A DNA stretch of 64,000 nucleotides from Schmidtea polychroa (taxonomy: Eukaryota): the NCBI GenBank assembly GCA_044892525.1, contig CM097886.1:165342312-165406311 (forward strand), written 5' to 3'. Below the pieces are notes generated by a model. The model was given only the letters and a program-made list of their open reading frames with translations. It was not told the origin of the DNA and searched no databases. The position numbers and the translations under genes were made by a program. Positions 24,958 to 37,800 of the stretch are shown here, piece by piece (position 1 is the first letter of the stretch; each line of letters starts with the position of its first letter).

Positions 24958-25931
24958 TATTCATGTTTAATTAAAAGCTAATCGATTTTCATATATATTA
25001 TGTGATTATTGCATACCAATTTCATGAGTCATTTTTAGAAATATTATAACTTCTGATTTATTGCGATTTATTATCAAATATTATAACTAAAATTCCTATT
25101 TTTTTCAATTTGAGATATGTTCTATAAAGTCTCATTATTACTACCAACATTGTTACCAATTATTAATTTCGGCATTTAGTTACCCTAAATAAACATAGTG
25201 CACTTAGTGCACTGCATTCAGCGTACTGAATAATTATAGTGTACTTAGCACTGCTACTATGTCAAAATGCAAAAAATACTAATAAGATGAATAATACCAA
25301 AATAATAATAATAACAAACAACAAATAATAATAAACAACAATAATAACACATAAATAAATATCATCGTTATATAATAAACCAATAAATCAATAAAAATAA
25401 AATATATAATTAAAGCTTAATAACGTAAATAAATATGTTGATCAATCACATACAAATTGTTAATAATCAAATATAAGTTATAATCATAATATGTTTATCC
25501 CATTAATCACATAGATATTATTGATTGTTGTCCACATGTATATTTATTCTATATTTATTTGTCCTTATTATGTTAAGTTTCAGTTCTTCAGTGTTCGTCC
25601 ATCTTCTAACATAAGCATCTGAATTCCACCAGAATAAATTGAACGAACATCAACAAGTAATTATATCAACATCGGTATCAATATTCAAAAATAAACTTAA
25701 TAAAGTTTTGAGTTTTTTAATTCTGGAATTAAAAACTGTTATATTTACTAACCATGATTACTGAAACTGAAATCATGGGTATCATTTGTGTCCTATAAAA
25801 CACACCCACGGCCACATGCAACTATGTCAAATAAAACGTCATCTGCTATTTTAAGCATTGTACTTAGAGCTGCCACTTTTACTTGCTTCAAAAACCGGAA
25901 ATTTTTTTTAATTAACAAATACTTACTAGTA

Positions 25932-26096
25932 TAAAACAATAAAGTGATAATTTAAGCCTTTTGCTGCAAATAATGTATTTAATGAAAAAAATTTCGACTA
26001 TAAGATATGAGATTGACAAGGACTATCTTATAGTCGAAAATTTTTTCATTAAATACATTTGCAGCAAAAGGCTTAAATTATCACTTTATTGTTTTA
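25932..26096. repeat. Near-perfect foldback hairpin (MITE-like), arms of about 75 bp with a 16-nt loop
   Basis: 25932-26007 is the reverse complement of 26024-26096 apart from a 2-nt indel and a small shift. The loop is tgagattgacaaggac. Confidence 0.92.
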
Positions 26097-26499
26097 AATA
26101 ATAAATGCTGCTACCAAGAAATCATCACTTACTAGTTTATATTAGTAATTTTGTTTGTAATTTTCGATTGCGTAAATAAAGTATTATTATTAATAACTTA
26201 TTTACCTTATCATACGATATATTATATAGTAATGTAATCATGAAATAAAACACTAAAACAAATTATTACAGGGTTTCTCAAAAATTTTAATCCGTTTGTA
26301 ATTTTTATACTTTGTAAATTGCAATCGATTTATATGGTAAAATAGTATGCGTGAATGATTTAAAGTTGATCGAAGTATTAAAATACATTTTATATTTTTT
26401 TATTGTTTCCGTTGAAGCTAGTGAGAATGTTGAAAAAATGGATTAAGACTTTTGAAAAAATGATGACGACTTTTGAAAAATGGATTAAGACATTTGACA

Positions 26500-27866
26500 A
26501 ACGGATTAAAATTTTTGAGAAACCCTGTATTTTTTATTAATTTTAAAATCGTATTTCATATTGTTAGAACAACTTTTCAACAATTGTATCTGCTCTGGAT
26601 TCTTAACATAATCAAAAAAAGCTGAACAGGTTAGGTTGTAATTTATTTTTGTGCATAACTCAGCTTTGACCATTGCAACATCCAAGCAATTGCGTTCATC
26701 CGTCCATAAATTTCCCATCAGAGAAAATACCCGCTCAAAAAATGTGTATTGAAAGTATTTTTCCAACCAGTTTTTGTAACTCTGAAAAATTAGATGCCTC
26801 TAAAATTTTAACACACATTTGATCAAATAATAAGCTTAGTTTTTTGATTTCCTCTTGTATACGGTTCACAGCGTCTACTTCTTCGTATAGCGTATCTTCG
26901 TTCAAGTTGTTTATCAAAATTTTTAAGAAACTGCTAGGACATTATCATAATTTAGTTGCTGTTTTAAATTAAAGATACTAAAAAGTGCAAATGAGCTGTT
27001 TTCATAATCATAAAATGTGTTTAAATAAGTAAGTGTTCTGCTATATACTATGTCAGCTTCTAAGATAAATTTTGTCCTTTGTGATTTTGAAAATTATTTT
27101 AAAGAATCTTTAACTTTACTTCCATAAAACTTGTTAGTTAATCTATTGCTTATTTAGTCTTTCAAGTCTTTCATTATATCGTGCAAATCGATACTGGCAA
27201 TATTATTTTTTTCCAAACTTAATATTGTTTCATTCAAGACACTCATATAATGACGGACAAAAAATAAATGGCATTCTGGTAATGTTAATTCAGTTACCTT
27301 TTCATTCATTCTCGTTATCTTTTATAAATTTCCAAATTATACTTTCGCATTATTCGCCAATTTTCAAAAAATATAGTTTGACTGCGGGCCATGATCTAAT
27401 CAATCTATTAACTCTGCGTTATAAAGACAAACACCTTGTTTAAACATGTCTGATTACTTTTTGGTATTCCATATCAAAATCTTCAAAAAACACTTAGTTC
27501 TGCATCACGTTTTGCGCTATTTGAAAATTCGGCATAAACTTTTAAAACTAAACTTTCAATGTCTTAACTTAATAGCTAACTTAACCTGTACACAACGTAT
27601 AAGTTCGTATAACATGCAGCGCACGCACTGAAAACTACTGAATACGGGGAATTACCGTGCAGCTGACGGTAAAAATTTGTAGATTGCCAACCTTAAAAAA
27701 TAAAATAACGGTCAATCTTGCCGCTGCGCGGTATTCCTAATAGCTTCAGTGATTGTACTTAATATATAATTTTACATATAAAAAAGTAGTTTAAAAAACC
27801 GGAGATTTAGTATCTAAAACCAGAGACCGGAGTCTCCGGATGAAAACCAGAGAGGTGGCAGCCCTA
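26500..27866 (-). mobile_element. Degenerate hAT transposon (C-terminal dimerisation domain)
   Basis: ORF 26506-26766 contains ERVFSLMGNLWTDERNCLDVAMVKAEL. The terminus ggtggcagcccta at 27866 has ccgg/accag subterminal repeats. Confidence 0.75.
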
Positions 27867-28273
27867 GTTGTACTATTAGGGGCCCGGAATTGCTGTCGTC
27901 TGCCTAGACCATGATGCCTGTATATTTATAATTTGCATTGTAAAGTATATGCATATATGTTCTTGATATATTAATAGCCTATAAATTTATAACGATTCAT
28001 AATGTATTCAGCTTCAGTTATTATCTAATTAAATCGTCTTTTCAAATGTTCAAAAAAATCTTTGGTTGCGGCGCTGTGAATAATGAAGTGAAAGTAATCA
28101 ATACCCAAAACATTCCAATTGCTAAAAATGTTCAAAGTACAAATTTCATCTACTTACTAAGGCACAAATCGACCAATTATAATCCACGATTAAAACAGCA
28201 AAATATTCAAGATTTTGTCAATATAAATAACGTGCACTATATAAACATGAAATGATATTCGATAGATTTTTAA

Positions 28274-29719
28274 TCAAACGACCTGTTGAAACCGACTGGG
28301 ATTGATGAGAAATAAAAGAAAATTGACCAAAATTACAATAGATAAATATCGGAAAGCAAATCGAAAATTAGAATTCATAATCGAAACCGAGTCAAGAAAT
28401 AAATTAATTGCAAAAGATTTGTAATTTATTTCTATATTGAATAATTCGTAATAAAAATCCATTCCCAGTTCAATCAGTAAAATTATCACTAACATAACCA
28501 TATAAATGGAGTTCATTTTTTCCCATTTTTTTGTAATCAGCATCCTGAGAAACGTGTTCCAAAGCAACACATTTACAATGCCAAATATATAAATTGCTAT
28601 TTGTCCTATAAATTCCTTTGGGTCATTAGTAGAACCAGAATACATTAATTGAAGATTTGATAATTGTTTAACTAACTGTCCGATAAATCCAATGAATAAG
28701 ATTATTTCTGATTTGGAAATTGCTGTAGATTTGTCTGTCCAATTATAAATCAAATTTAAATTAGTTACAATAAAAACGTTTGTCAGTATTTGAAAAGAAA
28801 AGAATACATAATTCGATCGTATAATCCACAATATTACAGTAAAAATGCATCCACAAAATTGAAATAAAACGACAGAGACAGGAACTCGAGGACCGAGTAA
28901 TGTTTGGGAGATACAAACAATGTTTTTAGACAACTGCAAATGATTATAATGCCGAAGAAGAGGCTTATAAAAATAAAGAATTACAATTATCCCAAATAAT
29001 AAATGTACTTTATAGATAAATGGGGCTAAAATTTTATAAAAACCATAAATTCTTTTAGAAAAAGGATTTGCAAATACAATTTCATTGTCCATACATAAAT
29101 AAAACACCTCCGGATATTTAATTATATCTTTGAAAAGGGATGTAAATTCGAATAACACATTTATCAACACGTAGGATACAATGTTTATCATGGACATGCA
29201 AATTGTCGACAAATTTGGTAAATTAATAACCCATTCTTCCCCATATTCGTGTGCTAGGTTCGAGTCTATGAGAAATATAATCATCAGTAGCAGGAATATC
29301 AAACAGAATATGTTGAAGACCGCAGTGACAGTGCCCAAACATTTTATAAATATCAAAGATAATATTATCAAATTGATATTCCAAGATAAAACAGCAATTG
29401 CAGTGGGTAAGCAAATTAAATAAAATGTAAGATCACTTTCAGTTTGGAAATAATCGAAGAAATTCCTTAATTGATGGTTATTGTATAAATTCCAGCAAAT
29501 GAATATTCCATTGAGTATTGCAACCAAAGTGGATGTTATAACTAAATAATTTATATACGATGTAGATCTGGAAATGTGAATATCAAGCGTATGGACAATT
29601 CGGCCGAAAATGAAAACGATGTCCAGAGCCAAATTTAAAGCTGTACAATTATAGAAAAAGGTTCCCAATAAATTCCAGCTTTTGAAAATTAAATAAATTC
29701 TTTTTAAAATGTTAGTCAT
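28274..29719 (-). CDS. Uncharacterised intronless multi-pass membrane protein, 481 aa
   Basis: A 1446-nt open frame is very unlikely by chance at this AT content. It has an ATG start and a TGA stop, and roughly a dozen hydrophobic segments separated by short polar loops. No family was recognised. Confidence 0.8.
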   Translation of the reverse strand: MTNILKRIYLIFKSWNLLGTFFYNCTALNLALDIVFIFGRIVHTLDIHISRSTSYINYLVITSTLVAILNGIFICWNLYNNHQLRNFFDYFQTESDLTFYLICLPTAIAVLSWNINLIILSLIFIKCLGTVTAVFNIFCLIFLLLMIIFLIDSNLAHEYGEEWVINLPNLSTICMSMINIVSYVLINVLFEFTSLFKDIIKYPEVFYLCMDNEIVFANPFSKRIYGFYKILAPFIYKVHLLFGIIVILYFYKPLLRHYNHLQLSKNIVCISQTLLGPRVPVSVVLFQFCGCIFTVILWIIRSNYVFFSFQILTNVFIVTNLNLIYNWTDKSTAISKSEIILFIGFIGQLVKQLSNLQLMYSGSTNDPKEFIGQIAIYIFGIVNVLLWNTFLRMLITKKWEKMNSIYMVMLVIILLIELGMDFYYELFNIEINYKSFAINLFLDSVSIMNSNFRFAFRYLSIVILVNFLLFLINPSRFQQVV

Positions 29720-30799
29720 CTTGTTTCAATTATTTCTTGTAGATCCTCTCTATTTATAATCATAAATGGCTTGTTTATTCACATTTTATAAATGTATATT
29801 GTTGATTTTGTTTACTTTAATAACAATTGTTTATAACATATTTATCTGAAGCATTTTGATTAATTTTTGTTACAAATGAATAGAATTTGTCGCTTTCATT
29901 GAATTTGCAAAGTATAATTATATTAATAACTTAATTAAAATTCTCTTTGTAGTGCCTGAAACATGCGCATTTAATTTTTAAAAATTCTTTTAATTATTAA
30001 CATAAATTAGAAATGCATTATTGATGAAATAAACAAAAATTAAGTTGTTTAAATATTATCATTATCTGCCACCTTTTATTTCAAAACTAACGAGAAAATG
30101 TATTGTTGGGCCAGTAGGAATATGTAAAAACGTGAAAATTTTATGAAATCTTTTTTCTCGTTTGTAAACTGTGAGAGAAAAGATGACATTAAAAGATCAA
30201 ATCAATAGGAAAAATTAAAATAAATATTATAAACAATAAAAAAGAAACGTTTTTCTAAAATAATAATTAAAAATAATAATTAGCCACTTATAAAACAAAA
30301 GGAAAAATTAAAAATAGAACAGCCATAGAGAATTAAAATAAAAAATTAATTTAGAAAAATAAAAATAAAATAGAAAATCTCTCAAGAATCAAGAAATAAC
30401 AATATAAACTAATTCAAACAATAAAATACACCACCGCTTAATCATATTTGGATGAAGGCGTATTAGAATCAGTATATATACTGACGCTCAAAATTGATCT
30501 TTTAATGTTATTTTTTCAACTACAGGTATTTAGTATCTATTGCCATTTTGAAAACCGTACCAGTTCGAATACCTTTGTAAACCAGATCACTCAGCTTGAA
30601 CCAATTTTTGACAATTTGGATATCCATACTACGCTAGTAGAACATAATGTAATTTTATTTTTATGTTTGCTATTTCTAGTAAAATTAAATATTTTATAAA
30701 ATAAGTTTTCTATTCCTCTAAATTAATTTATTTCATATATAATAATTACAGGATGATCAAAATTTTACAATTTATTTCTATATGCATTAGGAAGTTCAT

Positions 30800-31300
30800 T
30801 TAGTATTTATTGATTTTGTTTTGTCTGATGTCAATCCAGCTTGAGATACGTCTACCAGTATTGGTCGAAGAGACTGATAGTTAGCAAACTGTCGACCAGT
30901 CGGACCACGGATACCATTATTTTTATTCGTATGAAGAAAAGATATTTTGATATGGAGAACGTTGTGATTGGGGTGTAGTGAGCAATGACAATACTGATAT
31001 TCCTCTGATTGTAACCAAGAAAAATGAATCCACAATGAATGAGATGACCATGTAAAGCTTTCCCAGAAAAGTAGCAATTTCATGATATACGGTAGTTACC
31101 CGAATGATGAATAAATAGAAAGCAGCTTTCTGATATTGCCCATAAGCACAAACAAGCACACCGTCTATGAAATGCCACAATGATTTTAACACGATTTTTT
31201 CGATATTACGAGACGTCATAAACATTTAATCTTCCTCAATTCTGTCTGACCTGAGCAATACGAAATTCGTATCATTTATGCCTTTTTCCAAGTATGAAAG
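30800..31300 (-). pseudogene. Possible piggyBac transposase C-terminal relic
   Basis: KIVLKSLWHFIDGVLVCAYGQYQK resembles the piggyBac RWYKKLFFHLIDMALLNAY segment. It is followed by a frameshifted Cys/His-rich stretch. Confidence 0.4.
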
Positions 31301-31546
31301 CGCCAGATTAGGAAATGCTTATCCTTACAAGAAACATTAGAAAATTTTCTTATTAACAACCACATGAATTAAATTGAGAGCTGGCCAGTGTAAAGTATTT
31401 TCGAAGCAGATGTGAACCCATACAATTTTCGATGATTACAACGATATCATGGCATAAAGTATACGAGTCGACCACAATTTTTACGAAAAATCCACGTTTA
31501 GCTAGACTGATGCGAGTAAATAGCAGAAAAAAAATTTCCACAAATA

Positions 31547-32750
31547 CACCTTATTCCGAAATTTAATAACTTCTATAATCTAAAAAAAAATCAATAAATA
31601 TATATTATAGGAACACACAAACTTACCTGTGTGTAGAAATTTATCATTCCGAAATTTAGTAACTTTATTATAGGTTTTGTGAAGGTGAGAAAAAAATAAC
31701 TCAACACCCCATATTAATGCATAAAATATCATAAATTTCCTAAAAAAACACCTGAAATTTAATTATTAATATGTTATATTATAACACAAAACACATAATG
31801 AAAAATACATGCAACATTCTTATATAGGTTTTTGTTCCGAATCAAATAACTGTTAACATATTGTTAAAATATAATTATTTTAAAATTATTAAAAAATGGA
31901 AGAAAATAATTTTAATTTAGATTCCGACAGCTCTACCTTGAGCTTTAGGGAAAAGGAAGAAAATACAATGTAAGTTTTATTCATTAAATTACAAAACATT
32001 AAAATATTTTATAGTATGTATGAAGGCAGTATTTCAAATATTGAAGGTCCTTCGAGATCTTTTGATTTACAGAAAGAAATTCGCAAATCGTAAATTTAAA
32101 TAAATTATTTTAATAAATTAATATTTTGATAGATATACAGAAAACGACAAAATACGGCTTATTAATGCCTTTGAAAATGGGGACAATTACCAAGAATTTG
32201 GAAGATTACTAGGAATGACCAAATCTTCAATTAAAGCAACAATTTATAAATATAAAAAATATGGGGCAGTTAGGAAAGGGAAAAGAGGTGGCAGAAAGAA
32301 GATTATAAAAATTTAAAAAACTATTTTGTTTATGTACGCCGATTTTTCCCTAAATGTCTTAAAAAAATAAATGTGTTTGGTGATTAATTTTATTTATTTA
32401 TAAAAATATCTAACTTATATTTTAGCGAAATAATTCCATATTAATGCATAAAATATCATAAATTTCCTTAAAAAACACCTGAAATTTAATTATTAATATG
32501 ATATATTATAAATGCTGACTAACAGTAATATTTAAGAACTTGAATAATGATCTCATAATTATATAAGATCAAAATTCAAGTCTTAAAATATACTTGAAAT
32601 TAAAAAAATTACCTGAAAACCATTTTTGTTGCTAATAAATTATTGAATAAATGAAATTGAGGAACTTCATTTTCACGTAAATGGTGACTCACTCAACTGG
32701 TGTGCACACCAACTTGAATTATATAGGTTACTCAATTTCGGAATTGGGTG
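31547..32750 (+). mobile_element. Non-autonomous Tc1/IS630-like element, copy 2, with a transposase HTH fragment
   Basis: Same TIRs as 17790-18532 and TA-flanked. About 32135-32305 encodes YTENDKIRLINAFENGDNYQEFGRLLGMTKSSIKATIYKYKKYGAVRKGKRGGRKK (HTH plus GRPR-like motif). Confidence 0.88.
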
Positions 32751-34811
32751 TACCAGTAATTGGAGAAAATGTCGATACATTAGAGATACTAGAATGACGT
32801 AAGATCAATAGGAATTCTGTTGCTCGTGATGAAAAGTAGCAACTCTTGCGCCACAACAACGAGAACCACTGAGATGCAGCGAATTGGCATTAAAATACAC
32901 CATCACGACACACACACTAGGAATGATGATGTAGTAGATTAATTCGAGGAAAACGAGTAAGTTGCATGTACGGCTGAATTGACGACGATGACGATACTTC
33001 TGAAATTTTTCTGATAAAGATGTAGTAGAGAGCTCGAACATGATAGAGATAATATAAGTGTACAATATGATATTGATTGGTCTCCAAACGGATGGATGGC
33101 AGAGGGAAATTAAAGCGAAATGAGTGGTGACTAGCAATAATTGCATTTAAATTTTAATGATGATTTTGTGGCATACTCGATGAATTAAAATGATGTCGTT
33201 AATAATTAAGGAGTGCCTTCGTCTCCAGAAAAAGATTTACATAAATTTTGTCTATTGGTTACCGAGATAAAAATTCATGTTCCAGTCACGGGGCAGAACT
33301 TTCACCTCCTACTCCTCAAGTAATTTACACTGGATCCAGTATTGCTCCAATTCAAACAATCACCTTAGTAACTCCACCTTCAGGGAATGCAGTTCCCGTC
33401 AAAGAGAGTAACCCCACCTGTCGTCCCAAGAGAAAGCGTATGACTCGCGCTGAGAAATCTAAACGTAAGCGCGACGAAAAAGCAGCCGCGAAAGCTGCAC
33501 TGTCATAATGTAAAACGAGCCATTATCATATTGTTGAGGATATTTAGATAATAAAATTAAACATTCATTATAGTGAGAAAACGAATGTGGAAATGTAATT
33601 TATATAGGTAATGTTATTACAGCATCCATTGAAACAGGAGTGATAAATACAAATAAAAAATGAGAAAGTCGTTCTTAAATTATAGGTACAATTTAAAAAG
33701 TAAGATGAAACAAACAACTTGGAAAATGGAATTGTCTTATATCTAAAACTTATCTCCTGGAATTCTGAGAATATAAAGATTCAGTGAATCCGGTCCTGAT
33801 AGTAGTGACGTGTGAGCAATTTATAGCCAGGTGGTTTCTGCCAACTCTTTTTCGTGTATGTAGTAGCTGCGTTCAACAATTTTATTCGAAGCAAACCTAT
33901 ATCCTAATTTTCAATTTTTTGATCTACAATCATGTTCCTTGAGCCATTGGTAACGTTCATCTTCCTCGGATATATGTTATAATCAATATTTCATTTTTAT
34001 TACATTAATTTTTTGATATAATACTTATTAAAAGAGCCGTAGCTAGGGGGTGGCGAATGGGGCGACAGCTGTGAAATGATCATTTAAATTTTTTTTGCTC
34101 TTCTTTATATTTTTCATATTAAATTTTTATATTCTGCTTCCCATGTTTACTGTTTTCTAAAGTTAAACTAAAACAAAACTGTTTTGCTGGTCTATCTAAA
34201 GGTTTTTGCAAACGGGCTACTAAATCCGAAGGTGGGTGATCACGAAAACAGTTCTGAGCATAGAAAATGCTACTTAGCCTGCAAGATCTTGAAAATCGTT
34301 TGAAAGAAGGAAGGACAACTGATGGTAATGGTTGTCGATATCGATATGCCCGATACAGTAGTCTCTCTCTCTCTCTTTCTTTTGGCACCAAATTTCAGTT
34401 TTATTTATTTCTTTATTTTGTGTTTTCAAACCCAAAAACTCGTTATTTTTTTATATTATATAACTTGGTAAATTGTTGTAATATTTTTAACTTTTGACCA
34501 ATAATCTTTATATTCTGTTATATTGATTTTTAAATTCTTTCACTTTTTACACAACTTGATTTTGTTACTAATTCGTATCAATCGTTGCTCTAAAATCCCC
34601 ATCAACCTGAGACTAATATTATAAAAATTAATTTTTATTTTAGCTATAAAGATTTAATAACATTTTATATTTGTCCTCTACATGACAGCTGTGATTTTAT
34701 TTATTTTACTCATTTGCATTTTATAATTTATCATTTACTTAAATTCTTCATTTTCTATTAAAATTAATTAAATTAAAAAAACTAAAATTTATTTCCTAAT
34801 TAAAAACCAAA

Positions 34812-37800
34812 TCAAGAATCGTGGGGTTTTCCTAGAATTTTCTTTCGCTGAACAATCATATGGCCATATAATTGCGGGAAGACTGAAAATCGATTAAATG
34901 ACAAAATAACAACAGAAATCACCCACTTGGAAAGTACGATACAATAACTAATACCAAAATAAAATCATATCTCATTTGAATATTCAAAGAATTTGGCAAA
35001 TCTATGAAGTTAGTCGTGCCATAAGCAATACGTAACGATTCTAAAATCGCTAATATCTCTCCCTGTAAATCAAAGCTTATTTCACACATCATTACAATAA
35101 AATCACATACCGTGACTCCCATAGGATAGAGAACGTAAAACAAAGTATACCTATGGGAAAAATAATCCGATTTTTAAGTGAAAAAGGTAGACTAATAAAA
35201 GAAGGGAAAAAAACATTATTAAATCAATAAAAATGTAAATTAGAAAAATTTTGACACAAATTTGGAAAATGAAATTCAATAATACAATAAAAAATAATAT
35301 AAAAGCTTCATTAACACATTAACTGCCAGATATTTTTTAAAATTTTTGTTTAGTGCACTTGTACAGGCCAGCACACTGTCATATAAAATATATATTAGAA
35401 TAACATGAAATGTTTATTTTCATTGGATATTAATATTGTTGCATAAAATTAAATGTTAAATATTAAAAAAATAATAAAACATCCGAATCCACATTTAGAG
35501 ATCAGGGAAGCAAATGGGTTAATGACAAAAAAATGCAAAATAATTCTAAAGGAAAATATTATTTTACAGGGTTTTCCAGATAATTTAATTTGTTTGTCAA
35601 ATAATTTACTCATTTTTGGCGGGAAAAGTTTTATTACAGTGACTAATTACAGGTTATATTATTATTATTAAATTTTTACATCGATTTATTACATAATTAT
35701 TATACATGTTAATGAAGGGAGAAAGATTTACTACATGAATGAAGCCCATGACTAGTTCTAATAAAAGAAGGCCACAACTGCAAAATTCGGTATGAATGTT
35801 GACATGTACGAAACAAAGGCGTCTTTAGAAATTTGTCGCCCCTGTGCTATAAACCAGGGGTGCCCACTAATTTTTCTAGGAAAGCTACATTCACATCCAA
35901 AATGTGTATGCGATCTACTTTTTTAATACTTACATAATATTTATCTACAATGCAATAAATTCATCACAATAAAACAAATATATGTCAAAATATGGAAAAT
36001 TAAACTATATAACTGTTTATTATAAAAAAATGTAACTTAGGAAATCAAATTTAATGAAAATTATTTTTATATAGAAATTTTCGATGTTGATGCTCTACAT
36101 TGGGTTGAATCCACTAGATTTTTGTAGTTTGGGATATAAGTGCTAAGACAACTTCTTAGGCTGGATTCCAAATGGTCATCTGTTAATGTTGCTCGGTACT
36201 TTGACTTTATAATTTTCATATGTGAAAATGCAGACTCACATAAATAAGTTGAACCAAAAAATGATACTAATTTTCGAAGCATTTTTTCAAGTTTGAATAT
36301 TTATCCTCTGATAGATATTTCCATACATTTGGTTCGGAAGATCTTGATTTAATGAAGATATCATTTTGAAGTGTGATTATTTCCATTTCAAGTATAGGGA
36401 TATCCATTTTAAACAAAGTTGAAATTGAATCTGCAACAATTTCTGGTTTTATTTTTGGATTAAACGGAAAGGACATATATGCAGCCACAATTTCAAGTTT
36501 CTTGAAGTCTTGAAAACGTCTCTCGAACTCTAAAACCAAAATTTTGATCTGTTCCGCATATCTCGTAATATTAAAGTTGACATTTTCAGATTCTTTTAAT
36601 TGTGACAACATATTTGGAAAATAACTTAAATTTTTGTCTTCTATTTTGGTAATAAGTAAATGAAGCTTTTGTATAAATGCAATGATTGAACTTATCATAT
36701 CGAATATCAATTTATCCTTACCTTGTAAGTTGAGATTTAATTCATTCAGAATTGCAGTAATATCTACTAACAATGCCAAATCCAAGAGCCAAACATCATC
36801 TTTCAATTGCTTGAACTCATCACCTCTTGCGGCAAGGAACAACTTAATCTCAGAAAGCAAATCTCAAAATCTTTGTAAGAATTTTCCTCTACTTAGCCAC
36901 CTTACATCTGAATGCATCAGTAATTCAGCAGGACCTTCGCTATTACTTTCTTCAATTTGTAATTTGAAAAGTCGTCTCTGAAGACTTCTTGCACGAATCG
37001 AGTTAGCAATTTTGAATGTTATTTCCATAATATCTCTCATATTCAGAATTTTAGCACACAAGGCTTGTTGATGAATAATACAGTGGTAGGAAAGAAAATC
37101 TGGGAATTCACAATCATTCCTACAATATGCTATAAATCCGTTGTGACGCCCTGTCATAGCTGGTGCGCCATCTGTTGTTATTGATACAAGCTTACAAATT
37201 TGGAGCTGAATGCTGTTGGCATAAGCTTTAAAATTCTGAAATATATCCTCACCTCGAGTTTTACTTTTGAGTGGTATAATTGTTAATAATTCTTCCTTCG
37301 TAGAAAAATCTTTAAAGACCATTCGAATAAAAATTATAAGCTGCGAAATATCAGCCGCATCAGTTGATTCGTCTGCTTGCAATGAAAATGCGGTACAATT
37401 TCCTATGTCTAACATTAACTGATTTTTTAAATTGGTAGTTATTTCTTGGACTCTCCGTGTAACTGTATTACGGGACAATTGCATATCAGTAATAGCAGAT
37501 ATTATATCTGATTTATTTTTAAAATCACAAAATAATGATTCTGCCGCTTCTAAAAATGCTTCTTTTACAATTACTCCATCACTAAAAGATTTCTTATTTT
37601 TTGCCAGAATGTAGCTTACTCGGAGCGATGCAGCTGTAGCTGACTTTGATTTGGATGTTAGCTTCGTAAAAAATGACTGTTGAAAAGAAATGCATGTTTT
37701 CAGTTCCATGATTTTAGACTTGCGTAGTTCACTTTCAAGTGGATAATCAACTGCAAAATTCTTATGAATTGTCTTGAAATGCCTTTCCAAATTCCCTCTT

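Noticed and set aside
24767-24974. Three ORFs across the second N run
   Set aside because: Artefacts of the assembly gap.
28040-28273. A downstream RING-finger exon for the 481-aa membrane protein
   Set aside because: No C3HC4/C3H2C3 pattern in any minus-strand frame, and only a weak donor could link the short open stretch there.
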